Of a stretch of DNA of 64,000 nucleotides, positions 1-10,020 are shown in pieces. The position numbers and the translations under genes are program-made. The notes under the pieces are model-generated. The model worked only from the letters and a program-made list of their open reading frames with translations. It did not search any database and had not been told where the DNA came from. The stretch is from positions 248,001-312,000 of the forward strand of contig CAJYLB010000001.1 in assembly GCA_913775595.1 (NCBI GenBank). The letters are read 5' to 3'. The stretch is from an uncultured Aquiluna sp. Lineage in GTDB: Bacteria > Actinomycetota > Actinomycetes > Actinomycetales > Microbacteriaceae. Every line of letters starts with the position of its first letter. Position 1 is the stretch's first letter.

Positions 1-369
1 GCGGGCATCAAACGTCACGGCATGGGCTTTTTCAAGAATGCCCTGTTCCCATCGGGCGTTCCGGTCTATTTCTACACACTGGTGACACCTATCGAGTTCT
101 TGTCGACCTTCATTCTTCGTCCTGTCACCTTGGCGCTTCGTCTTCTGATGAACATGGTTGCTGGCCACCTGCTTTTGGTGCTGTGTTTCTCGGCGACGCA
201 CTTCTTCTTTTTCCAGGCGGAGGGAATCTTCCAGTTCTTTGGGGCGGGAACCTTGCTATTTGGCTTTGCCTTTACCCTCTTTGAAATTTTGGTGTCTGTC
301 TTGCAGGCATACGTATTCACACTTCTGACCACTGTCTACATCCAGTTGGCATTGGCAGACGAACACTAA
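1..369 (+). CDS. atpB: F0F1 ATP synthase subunit a (5' truncated by window edge)
   Basis: Frame open from base 1; hydrophobic protein with LRPVTLALRLLMNMVAGHLL and VLQAYVFTLL motifs; directly upstream of atpE. Confidence 0.97.
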   Translation, partial: AGIKRHGMGFFKNALFPSGVPVYFYTLVTPIEFLSTFILRPVTLALRLLMNMVAGHLLLVLCFSATHFFFFQAEGIFQFFGAGTLLFGFAFTLFEILVSVLQAYVFTLLTTVYIQLALADEH

Positions 370-621
<252 letters not shown>

Positions 622-623
622 GC

Positions 624-1178
624 ATGATTACCAAGATTCTTGCAGCGACTGCACCCGAGGGTGGTGAACAACCAAATCCGCTGATTCCGGCTGACTACGA
701 CATCATCTGGTCTTCCGTAATCTTCGTGATTCTGCTCACCTTCTTCTGGTTCAAGGTCCTGCCAGGGTTCAAGAACATGCTCGATGAGCGAGCAAAGGCA
801 ATTGAAGGACGCCTAGCTGAGGCTGAGGAGGCCCAAAAGGCCGCCGAGCACCGCACGGCGCTCGTTCTGGCCGAGCAGGAAAAGCTTCGCAGCGAGGCTT
901 CTAGCATCCGCGAGGAGGCTAGGAGCGAAGGTGCGCAGATTCTTGCCGAGCTCAAGGAGCAGGCGGCTCAGGATGTTGAGCGGCTAACTGAGACCACCAA
1001 GAGCTCCCTGCTTGCCGAGCGCGACTCTGCAGCAAGGGCTCTACAGGGTGAAATCGGCGCCTTGGCAATTGAACTTGCGTCTCGAATCGTTGGCGAGAAG
1101 CTCAAGGACGACAAAGTGGCAAACAAGGTCGTCGACGACTTCATCAGCGAACTCGAGGGTAAGAAGGCGAGTAAGTAA
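624..1178 (+). CDS. atpF: F0F1 ATP synthase subunit b
   Basis: NPLIP motif, single N-terminal TM helix, long charged coiled coil; operon position. Confidence 0.95.
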   Translation: MITKILAATAPEGGEQPNPLIPADYDIIWSSVIFVILLTFFWFKVLPGFKNMLDERAKAIEGRLAEAEEAQKAAEHRTALVLAEQEKLRSEASSIREEARSEGAQILAELKEQAAQDVERLTETTKSSLLAERDSAARALQGEIGALAIELASRIVGEKLKDDKVANKVVDDFISELEGKKASK

Positions 1179-1967
1179 ATGGCCTCATCAACCCGGCAAT
1201 CACGTTTAGCGCTCCAGGAGAAACTGGATTCACTAAGCGGCATCGATCTAAAGCTCGCTGGCGAGCTTTTCACCATCTCCAATGCCATTCAGCAGAGCGC
1301 CCAGCTGCGCTCCATGCTTTCGGATCCTTCCGCCGAGGCGGCAAATAAAGAGAAGGTAGTCGATGCAGTTTTTGCCGGGGCGATGGATAAGGCCAAGAGC
1401 CTTGCCAAGGCGGCAGCATCTATGCGCTGGAGTGCCTCGCGCGACATCGCGGCGGCTCTTGAGCAGGCTGGGGTAAGGGCCGTTGCCTCCCAGAGCAAGG
1501 ATCTAGATGGCCTGCAGACCGAGCTCTTTGAGATTGGTCAGCTCAGCTCACATGATCCAGAGTTGGAGCTCGCACTCTCTTCAACCAGAGCGCCACAGGA
1601 TGGCAAAGCTGAATTGGTAGCAAAGCTGCTGGCAAAGAAAGTTTCTGAGGCAGCGCTAGTGCTTGCAAAGCAGGCGGTTTACTCCAGAAGCTACAAGAGG
1701 TTTGCCGAGGTCATTGAGCAGTATGGACTTTGGCTGGCCGAGTTTGCAGGGGAGTCTGTAGCACACGTCACCGTGGCTAAGCAGCTATCGAAGGAGCAGG
1801 TTGACCGCCTAGGCAAGGCCCTGGCGAAGGCCTTTGGCCGAGAGCTGCAGCTCAATGTTGAGGTAAACGAAGAGGTTATTGGTGGCGTTCACGTCACCGT
1901 GAATGGTGAGGTCATTGACGGCACTGTTCTAACAAAGTTGGTAAACGCAAGATTGCAGCTCAGCTGA
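1179..1967 (+). CDS. atpH: F0F1 ATP synthase subunit delta (long actinobacterial form)
   Basis: C-terminal VIGGVHVTVNGEVIDGT OSCP/delta motif; between atpF and atpA. Confidence 0.95.
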   Translation: MASSTRQSRLALQEKLDSLSGIDLKLAGELFTISNAIQQSAQLRSMLSDPSAEAANKEKVVDAVFAGAMDKAKSLAKAAASMRWSASRDIAAALEQAGVRAVASQSKDLDGLQTELFEIGQLSSHDPELELALSSTRAPQDGKAELVAKLLAKKVSEAALVLAKQAVYSRSYKRFAEVIEQYGLWLAEFAGESVAHVTVAKQLSKEQVDRLGKALAKAFGRELQLNVEVNEEVIGGVHVTVNGEVIDGTVLTKLVNARLQLS

Positions 1968-1998
1968 GCTGAAATAAGTAAAGGAATAAGAGGAAGCA

Positions 1999-3639
1999 AT
2001 GTCAGAGCTCAAGATCAGCCCGAATGAGATTCGGGATGCCCTGAAGGACTTCGTTTCGTCCTACGAGCCGGGTAAGTCAGACAAGGCAGAAGTTGGTTAC
2101 GTAACCGACGCAGCCGACGGTATTTGCCACGTCGAGGGACTACCAAGTGCAATGGCCAATGAGCTACTGCGATTTGCAGACGGCACCATCGGCCTCGCCC
2201 TGAACCTGGACGAGCGCGAGATCGGTGTGGTTATCCTCGGCGAGTTCGACAGCATCGAAGAGGGCATGGAGGTCTACCGCACAGGTGAGGTGCTCTCGGT
2301 TCCAGTCGGTGACGGATTCATGGGTCGCGTTGTTGACCCACTGGGTCGTCCAATCGATGGTTTGGGTGACATCAAGGCTGAGGGTTCGCGAATCCTTGAG
2401 CTTCAGGCCCCTGGCGTTATGGACCGTAAGAGCGTTCACGAGCCGCTACAGACCGGAATCAAGGCTATCGACGCCATGATTCCAGTTGGTAGGGGGCAGC
2501 GCCAGCTCATCATCGGTGACCGCCAGACCGGAAAGACTGCAATTGCCGTAGACACCATCATCAATCAGCGTGAAAACTGGAAGAGCGGCGACGTCAACAA
2601 GCAGGTCCGTTGCATCTACGTAGCTATTGGTCAAAAGGGTTCCACTATCGCAGGCGTGAAGGCAGCCCTAGAAGAGGCTGGCGCCATGGAGTACACAACC
2701 ATTGTTGCCTCCCCAGCATCAGACCCAGCTGGCTTCAAGTACCTTGCCCCCTACACCGGTAGCTCAATCGGACAGCACTGGATGTACGGCGGTAAGCACG
2801 TCCTAATTATTTTTGACGACCTTTCGAAGCAGGCTGAGGCTTATCGTGCGGTTTCGCTTCTTCTTCGTCGTCCCCCAGGCCGTGAGGCTTACCCAGGTGA
2901 CGTCTTCTACCTGCACTCGAGGCTCCTAGAGCGTTGTGCAAAGCTTTCGGACGGCCTGGGCGCCGGTTCGATGACTGGCCTACCAATCATCGAGACCAAG
3001 GCAAACGACGTTTCCGCGTTCATTCCCACCAACGTGATTTCGATTACCGACGGCCAGATCTTCTTGCAGTCAGACCTCTTCAACGCGAACCAGCGACCAG
3101 CTATTGACGTTGGTATCTCGGTGTCTCGTGTTGGTGGTGCGGCTCAGGTGAAGGGCATCAAGAAGGTTTCGGGAACCTTGAAGCTTGAGCTTGCCCAGTA
3201 CCGCTCGCTTGAGGCTTTCGCAATGTTTGCCTCTGACCTAGATGCTGCTTCCAGGAAGCAGCTAGAGCGAGGCGCAAGGCTTACCGAGCTCCTAAAGCAG
3301 CCTCAGTACTCGCCCTACCCAGTGGAGGAGCAGACAGTCTCGATCTGGGCGGGAACTACCGGCAAGCTCGATGATGTCCCGGTTGCTGACATTCTGAAGT
3401 TTGAGCGTGAGTTCCTAGACCACCTAGGGCGCAAGTCCAAGGTCCTAAACACCATCCGCGAGACCAACAACCTCGAGGATGACACCGTCAAAGAACTTGA
3501 GAAAGAGATCGAGAAGTTCAAGAAGACCTTCAAGACCTCTTCTGGTGAGGGCCTTCTAAAGCCTGACGAGACCAACGTCGAGGCTCTTGCCGAGGAAGAT
3601 GTCGATCAGCAAAAGATCGTCAAGGCAAAAAAGAAGTAG
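1999..3639 (+). CDS. atpA: F0F1 ATP synthase subunit alpha
   Basis: Walker [46 protein letters not shown]. Confidence 0.99.
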   Translation: MSELKISPNEIRDALKDFVSSYEPGKSDKAEVGYVTDAADGICHVEGLPSAMANELLRFADGTIGLALNLDEREIGVVILGEFDSIEEGMEVYRTGEVLSVPVGDGFMGRVVDPLGRPIDGLGDIKAEGSRILELQAPGVMDRKSVHEPLQTGIKAIDAMIPVGRGQRQLIIGDRQTGKTAIAVDTIINQRENWKSGDVNKQVRCIYVAIGQKGSTIAGVKAALEEAGAMEYTTIVASPASDPAGFKYLAPYTGSSIGQHWMYGGKHVLIIFDDLSKQAEAYRAVSLLLRRPPGREAYPGDVFYLHSRLLERCAKLSDGLGAGSMTGLPIIETKANDVSAFIPTNVISITDGQIFLQSDLFNANQRPAIDVGISVSRVGGAAQVKGIKKVSGTLKLELAQYRSLEAFAMFASDLDAASRKQLERGARLTELLKQPQYSPYPVEEQTVSIWAGTTGKLDDVPVADILKFEREFLDHLGRKSKVLNTIRETNNLEDDTVKELEKEIEKFKKTFKTSSGEGLLKPDETNVEALAEEDVDQQKIVKAKKK

Positions 3640-3658
3640 AGAAAAGGACTAACAGCAA

Positions 3659-4561
3659 ATGGGTGCGCAACTTCGGGTCTATAGGCAGCGAATTAAGTCT
3701 GCCAAGACGACCAAGAAGATCACTCGCGCTATGGAGCTGATTTCGGCATCCCGAATTCAAAAGGCACAGCAGCGAGTTGCAGCCTCTAACCCATTCGCGC
3801 GCGCTGTAACCAGGGCTGTATCCGCAGTTTCTTCACATGCCGACATAGAGCACCCTCTAACCACCCAGACAGAAAATCCAATTCGTTCTGCCGTGGTGAT
3901 CTTCACCTCGGACCGCGGGTTGGCAGGTGCGTTCTCTTCGAGCGTGCTGAAGGAGTCCGAGCAGCTCACGAAGACTCTGATGGATCAGGGACAAGAGGTT
4001 GTCTACTACCTAGTGGGTCGAAAGGCGGTCGGTTACTTCAAGTTCCGCCAGCGTGAGTTCGTTAGGGAGTGGCAGGGTTCAACCGACCAGCCTCAGTTTG
4101 AAACGGCACGCGAGGTTGCAGCCGCGGTACTTGAGAAGTTCAAGCAGCCAAGCGCTGAGGGTGGTGTCGACGAGATCTATCTGGTCGGAAACAAGTTTGT
4201 CTCCATGATGGTCCAGGAGCCTTACTCCACCAGGCTATTGCCCTTGGAGGTCGTCGAAGCAGAGGATGACGAGAGCAGTGAGGTCTTCCCGCTCTACGAG
4301 TTCGAGCCAGAACCAGAGGCAGTGCTGGACTCTCTGCTTCCTGTTTACATTGAGAACATCGTCTACAACACCATGCTGCAGTCGGCAGCCGCCGAGCACG
4401 CCGCAAGGCAGAAGGCCATGAAGAGCGCCACCGACAACGCAGACAAGTTGATTTTGAACTACACCAGGCTGGCCAACCAGGCCCGTCAGGCAGAAATTAC
4501 CCAGCAGATTTCGGAGATTGTGGGTGGTGCGGACGCACTATCCACGGTATCCGAGGACTAA
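3659..4561 (+). CDS. atpG: F0F1 ATP synthase subunit gamma
   Basis: [16 protein letters not shown] and [16 protein letters not shown] signatures. Confidence 0.99.
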   Translation: MGAQLRVYRQRIKSAKTTKKITRAMELISASRIQKAQQRVAASNPFARAVTRAVSAVSSHADIEHPLTTQTENPIRSAVVIFTSDRGLAGAFSSSVLKESEQLTKTLMDQGQEVVYYLVGRKAVGYFKFRQREFVREWQGSTDQPQFETAREVAAAVLEKFKQPSAEGGVDEIYLVGNKFVSMMVQEPYSTRLLPLEVVEAEDDESSEVFPLYEFEPEPEAVLDSLLPVYIENIVYNTMLQSAAAEHAARQKAMKSATDNADKLILNYTRLANQARQAEITQQISEIVGGADALSTVSED

Positions 4562-6012
<1,451 letters not shown>

Positions 6013-6013
<1 letters not shown>

Positions 6014-6279
6014 TGGGAAACCAAATCACCGTAAACGTCGTCTCGGCCGAGAGGGAAATCTGGTCGGGCAAGGCTGACATGCTCGTCGCCAAGACAGCTG
6101 TCGGGGAGATTGGACTGCTCGCAGGTCACGAGCCAATGCTTGCAGTTTTGGTTGCCGGCGAGATCAGAATCTCCTCCGGTGAGGGCAAGGTTATTGCCAA
6201 GACCGAAGAAGGCGGGTTTCTCTCAATGGAATCTGACGTAGTCACTGTCGTAGTTCGGGACGCTCAACTGGTCAGCTAG
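6013..6279 (+). CDS. atpC: F0F1 ATP synthase subunit epsilon (N-terminal beta-sandwich only)
   Basis: GEIGLLAGHEPM and GGFLS motifs; last gene of atp operon; 88 aa. Confidence 0.95.
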
Positions 6280-6282
6280 TAC

Positions 6283-7020
6283 ATGCTTATTCTGCTTCCG
6301 CCGTCGGAGACCAAGCGTCCCGGCGGCGTCGGCATTTCCATAGACCGTTCAGCAATCATCTGGGCAGCGCTGGATAAGACTCGAGACCACCTAATCCATG
6401 AACTAACTGAGCTCTGCGCAGATAGGGAACGGGCCGCCAAGGCGCTCAAGTTGGGCGCAAGAAATATAGGCGACGTGGATGCCAACCTGGAGCTCTTGAC
6501 TGCCCCAACAATGCCCGCCATCGCCCGCTACACAGGCGTGCTCTATGACGCTTTGGCTTATGACACCATGAGCGAGGGCGCGAAGCTCCGCGCAAAGAAG
6601 CAGGTCTTTATTCAGTCCGCCCTATTTGGGCTACTTCCGGCAACCGAGGGCATTCCCTATTACCGGTTTAGCGCTGACTCAAAGCTTCCTGGCGTGAACC
6701 TCAAGAGCACGTGGACCAAGGCACACGAGGCAGTTTGGCCAAGAATGGTTGGCCCTATTTTGGACATGCGGTCCAAGGCCTACGTTGAGCTAAATCCAGT
6801 CCCAGAGAGTCGTGAATCTTGGTTCGTTGAGGTCTTGGATGATGCCAGCGGCAAGGCCCTGAACCACTTCAACAAAAAGGCCAAGGGCGCCTTTGTCCGG
6901 GCCGCAATGGAAACAGGACTCAGCAACATTGACGAGGTTTCGGCTGTGTCGAAAGCCGCGGGCCTTACATCGCGCGTGTCAGATGGCAAGGTAGAACTTC
7001 TGGTTCCCGCTGGCTTCTAG
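6283..7020 (+). CDS. yaaA: YaaA/DUF328 family peroxide-stress DNA-binding protein
   Basis: MLILLPPSETK N-terminus, PAIARYTGVLYDAL, HFNKKAKG motifs. Confidence 0.85.
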   Translation: MLILLPPSETKRPGGVGISIDRSAIIWAALDKTRDHLIHELTELCADRERAAKALKLGARNIGDVDANLELLTAPTMPAIARYTGVLYDALAYDTMSEGAKLRAKKQVFIQSALFGLLPATEGIPYYRFSADSKLPGVNLKSTWTKAHEAVWPRMVGPILDMRSKAYVELNPVPESRESWFVEVLDDASGKALNHFNKKAKGAFVRAAMETGLSNIDEVSAVSKAAGLTSRVSDGKVELLVPAGF

Positions 7021-8375
7021 TCAGACCCTGGGGCAATCATGTCGACCTCTCCCTCGAGCGGCATGATGTCATAGGGCTCAGGGAGCTGAATCACGCCTTC
7101 TTCGACTGAGATGATTACGTCGAACCACCCCTGATCGTTGTGAAGGATGTATGCGGGCACTAGCCACATGTTTCCGCTTCCGTCATAGGCCGCCGCTAGA
7201 GCAGTCTCTGCGCGATTGACCAGCACATCAATAATCTCGGGTTCGGTTGGCTCGGTGGGCTCCGCGGGTTTCTCAGGCTCGACTGGCATCGGCTCCTCTT
7301 CGGTGAAGTCATCACCGGATGAAGCCATTGATTCATCCCTCGCCAGCGATGAGGTTGCCGACATCTCTGCGTAGTACTGCTCGTAGTAGCTGGAAGCCAC
7401 CGAGCCGTACCAGCGCCAGTCGCTAATCCGCTTGACCGCATCTAGCGCAGAGATGGTGCCAAAGTCTCCTCGCGAAACTATTTCGACGCTGTAGCCCGAG
7501 GCATATGAAATCTGTCCATCTGCGCCCCATCCCAAGTAGCTCTCCAGTGGAATCGGGTCGCCATTGAGAGTCATCGGCATTGAGACCGAGCCACCCCAGT
7601 CGTCACGCCATACCCGAGCAAGGTCTCTATCGAATTCGATACCCAGCGCAGCAAAGGTTGACTCGGCCTGGGAGAGCATCTCCGCCTCAGATGGGATTAG
7701 ACCAGGCTCCGGGAGTATTTCCTCGCAAACGTAGGACTCGTCGACCATGAGCTCTTCATCATCTGAATCCTCTGCCATGGCAGGCTCATCACAGCCTCGG
7801 AAATACTCCTGGTTCCAGCGACTGAAATACCATCCTCCAGGGCCTGACCAGTAAATTGAGAGGTTGAAGTCTTCACCTGAAATTGAATAGCTCGGATACT
7901 CGGCGGTTGACCATTCATCCTCCGCTGGCTGCCCCTCGATGCCAAAAACTGCCGCAACTTTTTGGAGAATTTGCGAGGGGTTGCCAGTCTTTCGGACCTC
8001 AAAGATTTCGCCGGTTCCGCTCTCTTGGCTGAGCCCATCAGCGATGTAGTTGTATTCGAACCATCCTGGCCAGATCATGGCGCTATCTGCTGACACTGCG
8101 GACTCTGCAGTGGTTGATAGGGCGCTGTCCCTTCCGGTAGCTCCAGAGGAGGCGAGTTCAAAAAGCGGTTGGGGCTGCAGAGTGGAGGGGAGTGTTATGC
8201 CAACCACCAGGGCCGCTGCACCTAGTGAACCAACAAGCGTTCTCACGCCTCTGTATCCAAGGGGCGCCTTTCGTCCCTTCATTGCCGCCTTTGCAACGAC
8301 GGTCTGATCGAGTGAGTCAATCTCTGCTTTGGTGTCGGCCTTGCGCAGGAGTTCCCTAAGTTCTTTGTCTTCCAT
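7017..8375 (-). CDS. Membrane-anchored acidic protein, putative anti-sigma/sensor partner of the upstream ECF sigma factor
   Basis: Start reassigned to ATG 8375 (MEDKELRELLRKAD) because the longer ORF overlaps the sigma gene; short charged N-terminus, one TM segment (LVGSLGAAALVVGITL), large D/E-rich C-terminal region. Confidence 0.65.
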   Translation of the reverse strand: MEDKELRELLRKADTKAEIDSLDQTVVAKAAMKGRKAPLGYRGVRTLVGSLGAAALVVGITLPSTLQPQPLFELASSGATGRDSALSTTAESAVSADSAMIWPGWFEYNYIADGLSQESGTGEIFEVRKTGNPSQILQKVAAVFGIEGQPAEDEWSTAEYPSYSISGEDFNLSIYWSGPGGWYFSRWNQEYFRGCDEPAMAEDSDDEELMVDESYVCEEILPEPGLIPSEAEMLSQAESTFAALGIEFDRDLARVWRDDWGGSVSMPMTLNGDPIPLESYLGWGADGQISYASGYSVEIVSRGDFGTISALDAVKRISDWRWYGSVASSYYEQYYAEMSATSSLARDESMASSGDDFTEEEPMPVEPEKPAEPTEPTEPEIIDVLVNRAETALAAAYDGSGNMWLVPAYILHNDQGWFDVIISVEEGVIQLPEPYDIMPLEGEVDMIAPGSD

Positions 8376-8382
8376 ATGTTGG

Positions 8383-8886
8383 TTATGTAGTCGGGGAGCT
8401 GGTTTTTTCAAAGCCTTGAAGCAGATTCTTTTTGGCTCTCGAAAGTCTGATGTTGATGGCATTAGCGCTTTGCCCCAGTGATTTTGCAATTTCGGGAACA
8501 TCAAGCCCCTCAAATGCCCAGAGCGCTAAGACCTCTTGTTCCCTGGGGCTGAGCGCGTTCCATGCTGCCGCCATGGAAATATCAGCAATCGCTACAGCCT
8601 CGGCAGAAGGTGCTGCTACTGGTTCGGCGAGCCGCTCGAGAATCGCAATGCGACCAGACTGCTTTCTGCGATGGTTAGCAATTAGGTAGCGCGCAGTTTT
8701 ATAAAGCCAGGGAAGTTCGCCGCCGGCAGTTATTGAGGTGCGTTTGTTCCATGCGATCTCGAATAGGTCAGCTGCTATGTCTTCGACCGAATCGCTGGGG
8801 AGCCTGCGAGCGAGAAATCGAGTCAGGTCCGCAAGGTGGGCGCGATAAACCCTATTGAACTCTTCAGCTGTCATTTGCTCTCCCAA
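8383..8886 (-). CDS. ECF (sigma-70 group 4) RNA polymerase sigma factor
   Basis: Region 2 (VEDIAADLFEIAW...LPWLYKTARYLIANHRRK) and region 4 (LSPREQEVLAL...EGLDVPEIAKSLG...IRLSRAK); start TTG 8886 or ATG 8874. Confidence 0.93.
   Translation of the reverse strand: MGEQMTAEEFNRVYRAHLADLTRFLARRLPSDSVEDIAADLFEIAWNKRTSITAGGELPWLYKTARYLIANHRRKQSGRIAILERLAEPVAAPSAEAVAIADISMAAAWNALSPREQEVLALWAFEGLDVPEIAKSLGQSANAINIRLSRAKKNLLQGFEKTSSPTT
8385..8410 (-). promoter_or_regulatory. Copy 2 of 26-nt motif TGAAAAA-N12-ACTACAT, candidate ECF promoter for the partner gene
   Basis: Minus strand TGAAAAAACCAGCTCCCCGACTACAT ends 9 nt before ATG 8375; matches copy at 8894-8919. Confidence 0.6.
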
Positions 8887-8893
8887 TAAACCA

Positions 8894-8919
8894 ATGTAGT
8901 GGGAGCTGGATATTTTTCA
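8894..8919 (-). promoter_or_regulatory. Copy 1 of 26-nt motif TGAAAAA-N12-ACTACAT, candidate autoregulatory ECF promoter
   Basis: Minus strand TGAAAAATATCCAGCTCCCACTACAT directly upstream of the sigma gene. Confidence 0.6.
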
Positions 8920-9480
8920 GGCCCTTCTAAAACAGCCCGGCGCATGGTCCTGAACCATACCCGTCGACTGCATCAGTGCATACATAGTGGTTGGGCCGAC
9001 AAAAGAGAAACCGAGGCTTCTTAGCTTCTTACTTAATGCCTCTGATTCCCGGCTAGTGGCCTTCCACTCAAAGCCCTTGGCTAGTGTTTGAGCTTTCTTT
9101 GGAGCAAATGACCACATCAGCTCGACTAGGTCAAGATCCTGATCGATGACCACTTTGGCGTTGTTCACTGCAGAAATCACCTTTGCCCGGTTGCGGATTA
9201 TTCGCTTGTCAAGAAGGAGATTGTTTATTCTTTGCTCTGTGTAGCCCGCGACCTTGGCCGCGTCGAAGTTATCGAATGCGGCCCGGAATCCTTCGCGGCG
9301 CTTCAAAATTGTTATCCAGCTAAGTCCCGCCTGAAAGCCCTCAAGGCAAATTCCTTCGAATAGCGCTCGCTGATCCTTGGTCTCGGTTCCCCACTCTTTG
9401 TCGTGGTAGTCGATGTAAATCTGATCATCGGTAACCCAGCTGCAGCGAGTAATTCCATCCTCATGAACCCGGGTGTTCAC
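8917..9480 (-). CDS. tag: DNA-3-methyladenine glycosylase I
   Basis: RCSW...YHDKEWG, LEGFQAGLSWITIL, FVGPTTMYALMQSTGMVQDHAPGC (Zn ligands). Confidence 0.95.
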   Translation of the reverse strand: MNTRVHEDGITRCSWVTDDQIYIDYHDKEWGTETKDQRALFEGICLEGFQAGLSWITILKRREGFRAAFDNFDAAKVAGYTEQRINNLLLDKRIIRNRAKVISAVNNAKVVIDQDLDLVELMWSFAPKKAQTLAKGFEWKATSRESEALSKKLRSLGFSFVGPTTMYALMQSTGMVQDHAPGCFRRA

Positions 9481-9968
9481 TTGTATTCGATTCCCTCAAG
9501 TTCAAGGAGCTTCACCTTGGTGGGAATGCCGTGACCTCCTGAGTAGCCGGTGAGTTTGCCAGTAGAGCCAAGGATTCTGTGGCAGCCAATGATGATTCCA
9601 ATTGGGTTAGCTCCCACAGCACCGCCAACCGCTCTTGCCGCCTTTGGCTTGCCGGCTCTGATAGCTAGGTCTTTGTAGGTGGCGGTTTGGCCAAATGGAA
9701 CCTTTTCGATCTCGCTCCAGATTGACTCCTGAAACCTTGTTCCCCTGGCTACAAGGGGTAGGTCAAACACCTGTCTTTTGCCAGCGAAGTACTCTCTGAG
9801 CTGGCTGCTTGCCGATAGAGCGATATCTTTATCGGCGTCACTCTCCGAAAAGTCTGGCAGGGGAGTGGAGGTGGGGAAACCAACCTCCACGACCTTTCCC
9901 TCAGCAACACAAATCGTGAGCGGACCGAGGGGAGTGCCGAGAGTTACTCGGGCTGTGATTTCGCTCAT
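9477..9968 (-). CDS. ogt: Methylated-DNA--protein-cysteine methyltransferase
   Basis: GTRFQ, VPFGQTATY, AARAVGGAVGANP, xCHR active site, LTGYSGG. Confidence 0.93.
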   Translation of the reverse strand: MSEITARVTLGTPLGPLTICVAEGKVVEVGFPTSTPLPDFSESDADKDIALSASSQLREYFAGKRQVFDLPLVARGTRFQESIWSEIEKVPFGQTATYKDLAIRAGKPKAARAVGGAVGANPIGIIIGCHRILGSTGKLTGYSGGHGIPTKVKLLELEGIEYK

Positions 9969-10020
9969 ACGTGCACACTACACACCTTGTTGCGATCGCG
10001 TTTCAGAGCTGTGGAGAACC

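Noticed and set aside
8376..8513. N-terminal 46 codons of the 498-aa ORF call
   Set aside because: Overlap the sigma gene in another frame; ATG 8375 follows the repeated motif and gives a sensible topology
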